The notes beneath the pieces are model-generated. The model was given only the letters and a program-made list of their open reading frames with translations. It did no database searches and was not told where the DNA came from. A program made the position numbers and the translations under genes. Positions 10,396-20,030 of a DNA stretch of 64,000 nucleotides are shown in pieces (within the stretch, counting starts at the first letter, position 1; the number at the start of each line of letters is the position of its first letter). The stretch spans positions 1 to 64,000 of the forward strand of contig JAHQJS010000008.1 in NCBI GenBank assembly GCA_019057385.1, read 5' to 3'. The DNA comes from Candidatus Borrarchaeum weybense. Lineage in GTDB: Archaea > Asgardarchaeota > Sifarchaeia > Borrarchaeales > Borrarchaeaceae.

Positions 10396-11577
10396 TCATC
10401 GTGAGTTATAACGACTATCGAGTTCTTGATATATGTTCAGCATACGTTTGGAGATTTCTGTCCAATTATATTTTTGAGCAATTACTTGTCTCCCTCTAAT
10501 AGAAAGTTCTCTAGCAAGTTCCTTGTCTAATATAAACGTTCTAATTGCCTTTGCAAGGGCGACTGAATTTTTTGATTCAACTACAATTCCGCATTTTTCT
10601 TTTGTAAGTACCTCGGACACCCCTGCAACATCTGTAGATATTACAGGGGTTCCAAAGGCAAGCGCTTCTAACGCAACCATGCCAAATCCTTCAAGTTTGG
10701 TAATTGATGGCAACACAAGAAGATCTGCCAGAGTGTAATACTTTTTCAATGTTTCCTCTTCAATGAAGCCTGTAAAAGTCACCTTCTCGTCAATATGCAA
10801 TTTTCGTGATAATTTTTCATAGTAGGGACGAAGTTCACCTTTTCCAATAATAAAAAGCCGAATTTCTGGGACTATTTTATAGACTCTAGCAAAAGCCTTT
10901 AGCAAATATGTTAACCCCTTATAGCGATGGGATGCAGTAAGTTTAGAGACAAAAAGTATTACAAATTCGTCAGAGAGGCTCATTTCACTTTTTAACTTAT
11001 CTTTATCATATTTTGACTTAAGATATCGGAGATCTACACCAACTGGAATTACAGAAATTATTGAACGCATCTTTTTCAGAATATCTGCAGTTTCAATATA
11101 TTGATGAGTTGTAGTGATTATTTTCCTAGCAAATTTTAATGTAAGTTGAAGGAGAGAATTAGAATATAGCTTAGAAAACAGAGTATTTAATGAACTTAAC
11201 GAACTTCCACGTCCTACTTCTAAATTATGAACTGTAACGATTAATGGGATACGTCTAAAATGACAATTGAAGGCAGTAATATCATAAACCATTGGATGTG
11301 GTAAGTGAGCATGTATTACGTCTGCATCTTCTTTAATAAGTCTTAAGAATAACGATGGAAGAATAGGTGTATTATAAATCTTACAAAGAGTTGGTATTCG
11401 AATTACAGGTATTCCATCAAATTCTATTGTGGATGCTGCAGTCCGATCTGATTTTGATGTATATATCTTTACTTCATGACCTTGTTTAATGAATTCTTTT
11501 GATAGATGGTACACGTAATTCTCAACTCCACCCACAACATCAGGGAGAAAGTGTGAAGTAACGTGTATAATCCTCAT
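10396..11577 (-). CDS. GT4 glycosyltransferase
   Basis: GGVE, YKG, EGFGMVALEA motifs. Confidence 0.92.
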   Translation of the reverse strand: MRIIHVTSHFLPDVVGGVENYVYHLSKEFIKQGHEVKIYTSKSDRTAASTIEFDGIPVIRIPTLCKIYNTPILPSLFLRLIKEDADVIHAHLPHPMVYDITAFNCHFRRIPLIVTVHNLEVGRGSSLSSLNTLFSKLYSNSLLQLTLKFARKIITTTHQYIETADILKKMRSIISVIPVGVDLRYLKSKYDKDKLKSEMSLSDEFVILFVSKLTASHRYKGLTYLLKAFARVYKIVPEIRLFIIGKGELRPYYEKLSRKLHIDEKVTFTGFIEEETLKKYYTLADLLVLPSITKLEGFGMVALEALAFGTPVISTDVAGVSEVLTKEKCGIVVESKNSVALAKAIRTFILDKELARELSIRGRQVIAQKYNWTEISKRMLNIYQELDSRYNSR

Positions 11578-11874
11578 TAGAATTCACTTTATTTTATGAA
11601 AGACCTTTAAAACTAAATTATTTCAAATCTTCTTTAGATTCCCATAATTTTAGATTACTGTTTCCCTGCTGATTTCGCTAACAATAATATTTTTTCGTTT
11701 AAGTGTTCTTAATTGAACACAAATCTTTTAAGAGTTCTCAAATTATACTGTCATCGCAATAATTAAATAACAACAATTTGACGTTTAGGCTTAGCACTAG
11801 ATTTAGTAACAAATTGGCATGAACTAATTTGAAGCAAAGATTTTCACCGAAAGCAACTAATTGGGTATGAGATC

Positions 11875-13908
11875 ATGTCATTTCTTAATAGCGTTTGGAA
11901 ACGCATCAGAAAGCAGATGGTTTGGCCAAATGTTGAAATTAGTGTGGTTGTTCAGTATACTTTACTTTTCATCATCTTTTCAATTGCTCTCTTGTTACGT
12001 CTATTTCCTTTTTTTAGATTTGAACCACTTCTGAAAGCATTTGATCCATGGTTTCAATATCGTGTCACTGAATTTGTAGCAAATAATGGTTATGCTGCCT
12101 ATTTCTCGTGGTATGACACACAAAGTTGGTATCCTTATGGTCGTCCTATTTGGAAGGGTTCATATCCAGGCACGCCTTTCGCTGCAGCGACAATATATTT
12201 CATCCTGAAAGCCTTAGGTATTAATACAGATATATTAATTATCTGCTATATCTTCCCTGCATTAATGGGTGCAATCACTTCTGTACTATTATACTTCTTT
12301 GGAAAAGAAATTGCTGACACAAAAACAGGATTGATTGCTGCATTTCTATTGGCCTTTTGTCCTGCATATATTAGCAGAACAATGGCGGGTTTCTTTGATA
12401 ATGAAGGTCTTGGAATATTCTTTATGGTTGCTGCTTTCTTCTTTTTCGTGCGCGCTGAAAAGAATGGTTCACTAAGTGACGGCATCCTTGCCGGTTTAAG
12501 TCTTGGCGGACTTTCAGCCAGTTGGGGTGCATTTACATTTGCCTATGGTTTAATACCACTTGTAGCCATAGCCTTACTCTTATTAAATCGCTACTCTCAC
12601 AAACTATTGTTGTCGTATTCACTGACCGTTCTAATTGGCTTACTAATTACTATTCTTGTGCCTAGAACAGGTGTCAATTTTCTTACATCATTTATTGGAT
12701 TCTTTTCACTCATTGTTCTGGCAATTTTACTTATTTATGGGGTTTTATTCTGGGTAAAGCCACTTGTACCTGATGTTTCGTTTGGAAAACTTCTTGCTGT
12801 TGTAATGATTGTAGCAATAGGATGTGTAATTAGTATCGTCGCATATCTGGTTTCACAAGACCAGCTATCACTAATAACCGGAAAATTCTTAGCAGTAATC
12901 AATCCAATAAATCGTCCACCGCTCATTGAATCTGTTAGCGAACATATTCCTTTAGCGTGGGGTCAATTGTTTTTCAATTTAGATCTTTTGGTTTTTCTTA
13001 TGCCTGTCGGCATATATTTTGCATTTCGTAGATTAAGAAATGATGATATCTTTCTTATACTCTTCAGCATCACAACAGTTTATTTCGCGGGTTCAATGGT
13101 CCGTCTTTTACTTATTTTAGCCCCTGCGGCTTGTCTTCTTTCAGCATATGCTTTAACAAATGTTTTAAGACCGTTCTCTAGAGTTTTACTCGAACGCGCT
13201 GCAATTGTGCGTAGGAGAATTCGGGTGACAGAAGTTGTACCAAAAGATTATGCGATTTTTATTTTGATTTTCATAGGGTTTATTATGACGCTTTATACAT
13301 GGCATGGGACTCAGGTAGCGTTCGATTACTTTAGTAGTCCTGATGTGATTCTTGTAGGAGAAACCTCAAGTGGGGAACCTGTGGAATTGCATGATTGGCA
13401 GGAATCAATGCAATGGTTAAGGGAAGAGACAGACTCCAACGCAGTTATCGCAGCATGGTGGGACTACGGATATTGGATTGAAGCTATTGGAAACAGGACA
13501 ACTATTGTTGATAATGCCACAACGAATAGTACACAAATTGCGTGGATAGCTGCTGCCTTTATGTCTCCTCCTGAAAACGGAACAGAGATTTTTAAGATGC
13601 TCGGCGCAGATTATGTACTAGTACATTTTACAGGTGCTGTTGGAGGCACTGGCGGTGACGAAGGTAAATGGATATGGATGGTTCGCATCGCAGAACAAAA
13701 TTTGTTCAATGAAACAAAAATTCGCGAAGTAGATTATTATGATGAAGAATCAGGAACCCCTAAGGATCCATATTACGACTCGCTACTATATCAATTACTT
13801 TACTATAACTACTACAATGCACCCCGCACCGTATCGAGTATTACATCATCTTTCCAAGAAGCGCATACAACTGAAAATTGGCTTGTCCGAATTTATCAAG
13901 TGAATTAA
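11875..13908 (+). CDS. aglB: Oligosaccharyltransferase AglB/STT3
   Basis: FDPWF, FDNE, SVSEH, WWDYG, DNATTN, DEGKWIWMVRI. Confidence 0.96.
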   Translation: MSFLNSVWKRIRKQMVWPNVEISVVVQYTLLFIIFSIALLLRLFPFFRFEPLLKAFDPWFQYRVTEFVANNGYAAYFSWYDTQSWYPYGRPIWKGSYPGTPFAAATIYFILKALGINTDILIICYIFPALMGAITSVLLYFFGKEIADTKTGLIAAFLLAFCPAYISRTMAGFFDNEGLGIFFMVAAFFFFVRAEKNGSLSDGILAGLSLGGLSASWGAFTFAYGLIPLVAIALLLLNRYSHKLLLSYSLTVLIGLLITILVPRTGVNFLTSFIGFFSLIVLAILLIYGVLFWVKPLVPDVSFGKLLAVVMIVAIGCVISIVAYLVSQDQLSLITGKFLAVINPINRPPLIESVSEHIPLAWGQLFFNLDLLVFLMPVGIYFAFRRLRNDDIFLILFSITTVYFAGSMVRLLLILAPAACLLSAYALTNVLRPFSRVLLERAAIVRRRIRVTEVVPKDYAIFILIFIGFIMTLYTWHGTQVAFDYFSSPDVILVGETSSGEPVELHDWQESMQWLREETDSNAVIAAWWDYGYWIEAIGNRTTIVDNATTNSTQIAWIAAAFMSPPENGTEIFKMLGADYVLVHFTGAVGGTGGDEGKWIWMVRIAEQNLFNETKIREVDYYDEESGTPKDPYYDSLLYQLLYYNYYNAPRTVSSITSSFQEAHTTENWLVRIYQVN

Positions 13909-13934
13909 CTAAATTTCTTAGCAAAACGAATGAT

Positions 13935-13996
13935 ATGAGGTAGTTCACCTCAGCAAGGTCTCTAGAAGCGCACTTCTTTAGGAATAGGTAGTTTAT
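13935..13996 (+). mobile_element. Two tandem degenerate IS200/IS605 right-end remnants
   Basis: ATGAGGTAGTTCAC (13935-13948) and GAAG...CTTTAGG..TAGGTAGTTTAT (13966-13996). Confidence 0.6.
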
Positions 13997-14781
13997 CCAA
14001 TATATGATAAATCGTCTTTTTCTTCTTCGCTTTCTTGTCTTCTTGTTCCAGGTCTATGCCTTTGTTTTTGTTTCATTTGATCTATAAGTTTAGTAAGATT
14101 CTGCGCTTTGATTGCTAAAGGTCCAAGATCTAGCTCTATTTCAACAAGTTTAATCAGTTTTTCAAGAACTACTTTGGCAGAAAGTGCATCTGCCATAAAT
14201 CCAGACGTCTCGCCCAGTAGGCATGCTCCTTCTATTCCCCTCATCTTTCCAAGACCAATGAGTAACCCTGAAGCCCCCACTATAGGTCCTCCAGATTCAT
14301 TTATCTCGATTTCTTCGTCCTTAAGTTGCTTTATTAAAGAAAGACTAGTGGCAGTCCCAAAAACTCTAGGATTTTTAGAAACGCTTCCTGTGGCATACCC
14401 ACCAAGCGTATAGATTTGACTCACTTTATATTTTTCAGCTAGGTCTAATATCATATTAACTATTGTAAATTGCCCTTCTGGCGTTTGACTTTGATAATCT
14501 CCTGTAATAAATATAACATCATGTTTCCCACCACTTTTCGAAAGTTGGGAAAACCAAAATTCATTACGAAGAAGCCTTAGAATCCCATCATTATTTACAA
14601 GCACATGATAAGGAAAAGTATACGAAAAAAGTTCTGCAAAATAAATTGCTTTAAGCTCTTGGATCATGTGGCTTACTCCTAGTTTACCAACATTTCCAAC
14701 ACCTGGCAACCCTTGAATTAGTATAGGGTCTTTCAAAGATATTGGATCTAAATCCTTCAAGAAGCGGATTCTGGACTTCAT
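13993..14781 (-). CDS. Proteasome assembly chaperone PAC2 family
   Basis: GLPGVGNVGKL, TGDYQ, TLGG, CLLGET, C-terminal YIG; conserved position after nop10. Confidence 0.92.
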   Translation of the reverse strand: MKSRIRFLKDLDPISLKDPILIQGLPGVGNVGKLGVSHMIQELKAIYFAELFSYTFPYHVLVNNDGILRLLRNEFWFSQLSKSGGKHDVIFITGDYQSQTPEGQFTIVNMILDLAEKYKVSQIYTLGGYATGSVSKNPRVFGTATSLSLIKQLKDEEIEINESGGPIVGASGLLIGLGKMRGIEGACLLGETSGFMADALSAKVVLEKLIKLVEIELDLGPLAIKAQNLTKLIDQMKQKQRHRPGTRRQESEEEKDDLSYIG

Positions 14782-14787
14782 TTATAA

Positions 14788-14973
14788 TCACTCCTCTTTT
14801 TGGTGAAGTGTTAAAGTTGTTTTAAGAAGCATCCGACGATATTTTCCGTACTTATCTTGTGGGCTAAACTTTGAAGGGGCAGCAATTCTTAAGTGTCCAC
14901 CGCAATTAGGACAAATTTCTTTTGCCAAACTATACTGATAACAAGCAACACATTTCTTCAACAATTTCCCCAT
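14788..14973 (-). CDS. nop10: H/ACA RNP protein Nop10
   Basis: KC..C..YSL...CPNCG and PSKFSPQDKYGKYR; start moved to ATG 14973. Confidence 0.93.
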   Translation of the reverse strand: MGKLLKKCVACYQYSLAKEICPNCGGHLRIAAPSKFSPQDKYGKYRRMLLKTTLTLHQKEE

Positions 14974-15118
14974 ACCAAAATTCACCCATCCATTTCTTAG
15001 TAAAATCTTTGTGTTCAGGCACAATATAAGGATCCAATGTCAATGAAGTTTTGTTCATAATATGGATTATTGGCTCATTATAGAAATTGATTCGTTGAGA
15101 AATGCAACAGACCTTATA

Positions 15119-15165
15119 GCCAAGTACAGTTAAAAGCCTCACTGCTTTAGCGTGAGGTAGTTTAA
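15119..15165 (+). mobile_element. IS200/IS605 right end (same family as the 29.5 kb element)
   Basis: CCAAGTACAGTTAAAAGCCTCACTGCTTTAGCGTGAGGTAGTTTA differs from 29468-29512 at only two positions. Confidence 0.85.
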
Positions 15166-15965
15166 GTATCCTCTTCGAAGTATCCTTCTCCTCCTCCTTT
15201 CTCCAGAGCGGTAATTGTTGCACTTACGGCTTTATTTAAGATTTTCTCTGCATTTTTATAATCATTTGCTTGAATTGAGAACCTATATCGTGGTGATCCG
15301 ACCAGATTAACATCTAGAGTAATATCTTTTCTCCGAGTTGATTTTAAACCCTTTTTCAAGGCATTTTTTATTATTTCAACGCCATCTGGTTTGTAACATT
15401 TAAGTTCAACTATTTTTGTTAGTTTTACTTTCCTTATAGTTACATGTGCTTTTGCTAGTTCAACAACGGTCTTTATCCATTCGTCATCAATTCCCATTTT
15501 TTCTAGAACTGCTTCACCTTTCTCATGTATTTCTTCAAATCCAGCGTAGATTTCACCAAATTTTTCCTCTAAAGGCCATCCCACGGCATCATAGACTTCT
15601 TCTTTAGTTTTATCTAGTTGTTTTGCAACTAATTCTAAGAGATTATCTGCTTTCTGTGAACGTTTCCATTCCTGAATCTTATTTCTTCGCATCACGATTG
15701 TAACTCGCCTAAGCGAGAGATCTACGTGATTTTTTGCTTCTTCGACACGTAGCACTTTCGCAACTACCTTCTGCTTCTCCCTTACGTAGTTACGAATATT
15801 GCGGACCCACGTTGAAGCTATTTCTGAGATATGAATAAGCCCTTCTTTCCCTTCGAATTCATCTAAAGTTGCATATGCACCATGAGAGGAGATTTTTGTA
15901 ATAGTGCCTATTACAAATTCGCCTTCTTCTGGGAATTCTTTTTTCTTTTTGACCATTTCTCTCAT
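15162..15965 (-). CDS. eif2a: Translation initiation factor 2 alpha subunit
   Basis: S1 domain FPEEGE..GLIHISE, VDLSLRRV, GSPRY. Confidence 0.96.
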   Translation of the reverse strand: MREMVKKKKEFPEEGEFVIGTITKISSHGAYATLDEFEGKEGLIHISEIASTWVRNIRNYVREKQKVVAKVLRVEEAKNHVDLSLRRVTIVMRRNKIQEWKRSQKADNLLELVAKQLDKTKEEVYDAVGWPLEEKFGEIYAGFEEIHEKGEAVLEKMGIDDEWIKTVVELAKAHVTIRKVKLTKIVELKCYKPDGVEIIKNALKKGLKSTRRKDITLDVNLVGSPRYRFSIQANDYKNAEKILNKAVSATITALEKGGGEGYFEEDT

Positions 15966-16022
15966 CTTTTGTTCTATTATTGTAATAGATTAGACAAAGA
16001 AGTGAAATTCTAGCAGAAAAAC

Positions 16023-16241
16023 TTATTCTAGGACTTGGATGATTTTGCTTACAATTTGTGCTTTGCCCCTAGTAGGTTCTGCGAGAACTCTGTTGCAAAT
16101 AATGCATCTCACAGTTGTAGTCGCTGAACCAAATATTTTCTGTTCATTTCCGCATTCTGGACAGCGAACTAATAGAAATCTGGAGCGTGGTTGCGGAATC
16201 ATTTTTTCGATTTTCAACTTCATTTTCTCCTGACTATTCAA
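16023..16241 (-). CDS. rps27e: 30S ribosomal protein S27e
   Basis: PRSRFLLVRCPECGNEQ..F...C..C..LAEPTRGKA. Confidence 0.96.
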   Translation of the reverse strand: MNSQEKMKLKIEKMIPQPRSRFLLVRCPECGNEQKIFGSATTTVRCIICNRVLAEPTRGKAQIVSKIIQVLE

Positions 16242-16296
16242 ACTTATGATTTGATGTTCACTATAATCTTTTAAAAAGTTTCGTTACAACAGCTGA

Positions 16297-16328
16297 CAAG
16301 CAGATCCCAACTTTTTGAGAGATGAATT
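16297..16328 (+). mobile_element. Degenerate IS200/IS605 left-end remnant
   Basis: CAAGCAGATCCCAACTTTTTGAGAGATGAATT resembles the left end CAAGAAGACCCCTCAACTTGATGGGGGATGAATT at 33.15 kb. Confidence 0.55.
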
Positions 16329-16489
16329 ATCGTTATGTGCCTCTAATTTCATAAGTACTTCACTAAAATCGCGTTATTTTTCATTATCTTCCGAAAAAAG
16401 CAAAATGTTACGTATACAGTCCAAAAGTGGTATTTCCTGCATATATATTGGTTATAGGAAAGGATTTTTTGCCTTTAGACTACGATAGT

Positions 16490-17041
16490 TTAATCCTTTT
16501 TGATTTCAACAGCTAAAGCAACATTCCTATCAATTAATGCCTTTGCATTTTCATTTGGCAAAATGCAAATATCTTCTGGCATAAAAGGGCCGTATATCTT
16601 TAAATCTGTACCTACGAAGGAATCTAGTTGTTCTAGTATTCTAACAATCTTTCTTCCTGATTGAATTTCTTCATTTTTTGTTGTCTGATTTTCTTGAAAT
16701 ACTATTCCAAAATAAGTATTTATTGCATCTCCTAGATTTGAATGTAGAATATCTTCAATTCTAGTTAGATTTGTGAAATCTATCTCTACATTATCAACAA
16801 TACTTTTCAGTATCTTTCTCATTCGAAGGGTGATGTAGTCCTTAATTATAAAATCTAATCGTTCATGTTTGGTTTCAAATAAATTCTTTTCCAGCGGTGT
16901 TAATTCGTCGTATTGCTTTTTTACCTTGCTTTTTTTAATATATTCTCCGATTTTTGCACAAAAATCATCAGTCAATGAGAGGATTTTTATTGAGTTCCAT
17001 TCCTTGATCCATTTCCGGTACATTTCTTCATAATTGTACAT
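16490..17041 (-). CDS. GINS subunit (Gins15/51 type)
   Basis: L..DF, LRMRKI helical A-domain, C-terminal FVGTDLKIYGPF..EDI..LP.ENA..L B-domain; next to PCNA. Confidence 0.88.
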   Translation of the reverse strand: MYNYEEMYRKWIKEWNSIKILSLTDDFCAKIGEYIKKSKVKKQYDELTPLEKNLFETKHERLDFIIKDYITLRMRKILKSIVDNVEIDFTNLTRIEDILHSNLGDAINTYFGIVFQENQTTKNEEIQSGRKIVRILEQLDSFVGTDLKIYGPFMPEDICILPNENAKALIDRNVALAVEIKKD

Positions 17042-17171
17042 TTACTCCCTCAATAGGTGTTTAATTTCCTTATTATGTCTGGACAAATAGTTGCGAGGTT
17101 CTTTAGTTTATCAAGTTGAACTAAAGATCATTCTATAGTGATTTAATGCCGCACAAGAGTTTTTATCAATC

Positions 17172-17212
17172 CTTCGCAAGAAGACCCCTCAACTTGTTGA
17201 ATGGTAGTTCAC
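17172..17212 (+). mobile_element. 41-bp left-end/right-end hybrid of the 31.6-33.2 kb TnpB element family
   Basis: First 25 nt identical to revcomp 33156-33180; last 22 nt match revcomp 31570-31591 at 20/22; the two parts overlap on AACTTG. Confidence 0.88.
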
Positions 17213-17258
17213 CATACATCGTTGACTGAAAATTAAGAATCCTATAAATGAAGGATTC

Positions 17259-18032
17259 TTATTCACTACCTTCAATTCGGGGGGCTAAAAAGTATTCTAA
17301 CTTTCCTCCTCCGATAGTCTCAAATCCAATTTTTAATGGCATATCACTTGAATATTCAATTTCTAGATTTTCTGCTGCACTAACAGCTTTTGTCATATCA
17401 CTTAGATACTTAAGGGCATAAATTGCTTTTGATTCTTCTCTTACTTCATACTTATAAAGCGTATCTGTTTCCTTATCAATGATTACCTCAACTTCGCCCG
17501 TGTCTCCTTCAGCGGCTACTTTAAGCATATCTGCGGTCGTCTCCAGAAGAATATAATCCCCTACAACTTCCGCGTCTTTAATAGCATCCTTAAAAACGCC
17601 TGCAACTATATTGATAATTGTATTAAATTCAATTTTAGGAATAGGTATTTCCTCTCCACTTGTATCTCCAAGTAAAGAAAGGCTGAAATTACGTGTGACC
17701 TTGTCAGATTTTAACTTCAGTTTTAATTTATTCTTAGTCTCATCCACAGTAAGTTCTAAGGAATCTGATCCTCCTGCTCTTCGCATGATCTGCATCATTT
17801 CAGTAAGGCTAATTCCAAATTTTGTTTCGCCAGTGCATTTGTAATCTTGAAATACGCTGGATGGTACTTGGAGGTCAACCATTGCAATATGTGCTTCGTC
17901 AATCGCGCGTGCATGAAGGCCAGATTCGTCTGCAGAAAAATAAATCTCCTTTACAAGAGCTGATAGCGCTTCTATAATTGTCTTCCATGTGATAGCTTCT
18001 TCAAAAAAGGCTTTTACAACCATTTTCATCAT
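17259..18032 (-). CDS. pcna: Proliferating cell nuclear antigen (sliding clamp)
   Basis: AID.AHIAMVDL, F.DY, Y.LKYL, PLKI, YFLAPRIE. Confidence 0.96.
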   Translation of the reverse strand: MMKMVVKAFFEEAITWKTIIEALSALVKEIYFSADESGLHARAIDEAHIAMVDLQVPSSVFQDYKCTGETKFGISLTEMMQIMRRAGGSDSLELTVDETKNKLKLKLKSDKVTRNFSLSLLGDTSGEEIPIPKIEFNTIINIVAGVFKDAIKDAEVVGDYILLETTADMLKVAAEGDTGEVEVIIDKETDTLYKYEVREESKAIYALKYLSDMTKAVSAAENLEIEYSSDMPLKIGFETIGGGKLEYFLAPRIEGSE

Positions 18033-18139
18033 CTCTGTTAAATTATTTTAAAATCTCATTTAATCTATCATTCAGTTGAACTGTGAGAACAACTCCTTAA
18101 AAGATAAATTATCTTATTACGCGCTCGTTCATAGAAATA

Positions 18140-18518
18140 CCCCAAGGAAATTCCTTCCCTTAAGGGTGGAGAGGAAGTGAGATCGGACTCTGCTTACACC
18201 CCCCCCTTTCTGTGAGGCGCAGGGGATAGTTTACCCAACCTCGCTCGGGTGGTGTTTTAATGACGGGTACTCGCAAGTCCTGTCGCTCCCAACACCAGGG
18301 AGTAAGTCCACTTCGAGATTGTTGTAAAGGCTTTTTACATCAGCAGCATCGTTCCTACCCCTCAGAACTTTTAACCACCGACGACAGACCAGGGGGCTAG
18401 TGGAACACCCCAGGGTGTCGTGGCCTAAACAGCTGCTGCATCTCACTGAGAGATGCCCTCTAATCAACTAAGAGACTTGCATGAACAAGTCCCTACCCTT
18501 TAGGGTGGGGTAGTTGGC
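18140..18518 (-). mobile_element. Non-autonomous IscB/IsrB-type element (both ends kept, nuclease ORF deleted)
   Basis: End hairpins CCCCACCCTAAAGGGTAGGG and CTCCACCCTTAAGGGAAGGAA; residual TTG-start MRVPVI at 18276; residual tail HFLSTLKGRNFLGVFL* in another frame. Confidence 0.82.
18280..18518 (-). ncRNA. HEARO / IscB omegaRNA scaffold
   Basis: GCCAACTACCCC..CTAAAG..ACTTG..CAAG..GTTGATTAG, ACACCCTGGGGTGTTCCACTAGCCCC, TTAAAAGTTCTGAGGGGTAGGAAC, ACAATCTCGAAGTGGA match the HEARO pattern as I recall it. Confidence 0.85.
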
Positions 18519-18635
18519 TTACCTGTTGATCTTTAGTTTTACTTAGACTAATATAAAACATAATAGTTCTTTAAAAAAGTTATTTAGATGTAATAATCTT
18601 GATTAAAAAAGTTCATTTGTAATGGTTGTACAAGT

Positions 18636-19943
18636 ATGAATATTTGTATCGCTACGGATTTATTCCCCCCAGAAGGAGGCGGTAGTGAACTTAGCGCTTA
18701 TTTTTTGGCGAAAGGTCTTGCTAAACGAGGGCATAATCTCTTAGTCGTTATGCCTCATTTTGGTCAAAAAACAGTTTATAAAGAGCACAAATGGTTTAAA
18801 ATCATCCGTTTTCGATATCTTCGTGCGCCAAATGTGGATTTTTTAAGAAATGTTGTACAAAATGAGTTGCTTTATATTTATATGGCCCAGATGCTCAAAA
18901 AGATTGTAAAAACTTACGAAATAGAACTTATTCACGCGCAAAATATGCTTACAGTTCCTCCATCTGTTATTGCTGCTAAAAAAACTAACATTCCCGTAAT
19001 AGCCCATATTCGTGATTATTGGCCTATTTGTTTTAGGAGATCATTCATACGTCCCAATGGCAGCGTTTGCGACAGTTGTAATTCTAAAAATTTGATTAAC
19101 TGCATTCGCCTAGAAGGTCAGTTTTCCTCTTTTTTCATGCCTGCTAGTATTCCATATATTTCCGCAAATATGGGTCTTAAACAATTACTATTGAATCGAG
19201 CAGATCACGTAATTGCAATTAGTGATGCAGTACGTACGATGCTTTTAGCAAGGCGGTCTATAGTTATGAAACATTTCTCGCGTTTGACTCCACAAAAAAT
19301 CTCTGTGGTTCCAAATATAATGCCTATACCTTCAAAGAGACTTACAGAAAGTGAATTACTCGGAATGCGTCGTTATTACAAATTAGATGAAAAAGATATG
19401 CTTGTTTTATACGTAGGTCAATTGACTTATGACAAGGGGGTTCATATACTTATTAAAGCTCTTGAGCTATTATTACTCAAGAATACTTCATTAAAACTCA
19501 TTATCCTGGGAAAGGGTCCATTAGCTAGTCATCTTGAAAAAATTAAAGGTCGTTTTGGCGATCAATTAAGATATTTTGGATTTTTACCATATAACAAAGT
19601 CCTACAATTCTATCAAATGGCTGATATAGTTGTAGTTCCATCAATCTGGCCTGAAGCGCTAGGTCGCGTCAATCTTGAAGCTATGGCACTAAGAAAACCA
19701 GTCATTGCGACAAAAGTAGGTGGTATCCCTGAAATTATTACACACGAAAAAGACGGAATATTAATTGAACCCGGTGATCCTAAAGAGATAGAACATGCGC
19801 TTTACAGACTTATAAACGATCCAGATCTTAGATCACGTATTGGATTGGAAGGAAGAAAAACAGTAGAGAAACGATATAACGAAGGCATTGTTTGTGATCA
19901 GATACTCTCAATATATAAGAAATTAACGCGGTTTCGACAATAA
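18636..19943 (+). CDS. GT4 glycosyltransferase with Cys-cluster insert (copy 1)
   Basis: GGGSE, RDYWPIC..C..C..C, WPEALGRVNLEAM. Confidence 0.92.
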   Translation: MNICIATDLFPPEGGGSELSAYFLAKGLAKRGHNLLVVMPHFGQKTVYKEHKWFKIIRFRYLRAPNVDFLRNVVQNELLYIYMAQMLKKIVKTYEIELIHAQNMLTVPPSVIAAKKTNIPVIAHIRDYWPICFRRSFIRPNGSVCDSCNSKNLINCIRLEGQFSSFFMPASIPYISANMGLKQLLLNRADHVIAISDAVRTMLLARRSIVMKHFSRLTPQKISVVPNIMPIPSKRLTESELLGMRRYYKLDEKDMLVLYVGQLTYDKGVHILIKALELLLLKNTSLKLIILGKGPLASHLEKIKGRFGDQLRYFGFLPYNKVLQFYQMADIVVVPSIWPEALGRVNLEAMALRKPVIATKVGGIPEIITHEKDGILIEPGDPKEIEHALYRLINDPDLRSRIGLEGRKTVEKRYNEGIVCDQILSIYKKLTRFRQ

Positions 19944-20030
19944 CTTCAGGCGTGTCCTCTTCAATATTTCCTTTAACTTGTAAATAAACTCAGTTACAGA
20001 AACAAATCTGAGCTGAAAGGTTGTACAAAC

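Noticed and set aside
14930-15223. 97-aa ORF and the track's extended Nop10 N-terminus
   Set aside because: Overlap aIF2alpha, Nop10 and an IS remnant; no homology pattern
18231-18467. 78-aa ORF
   Set aside because: Lies within the HEARO scaffold; better explained as RNA
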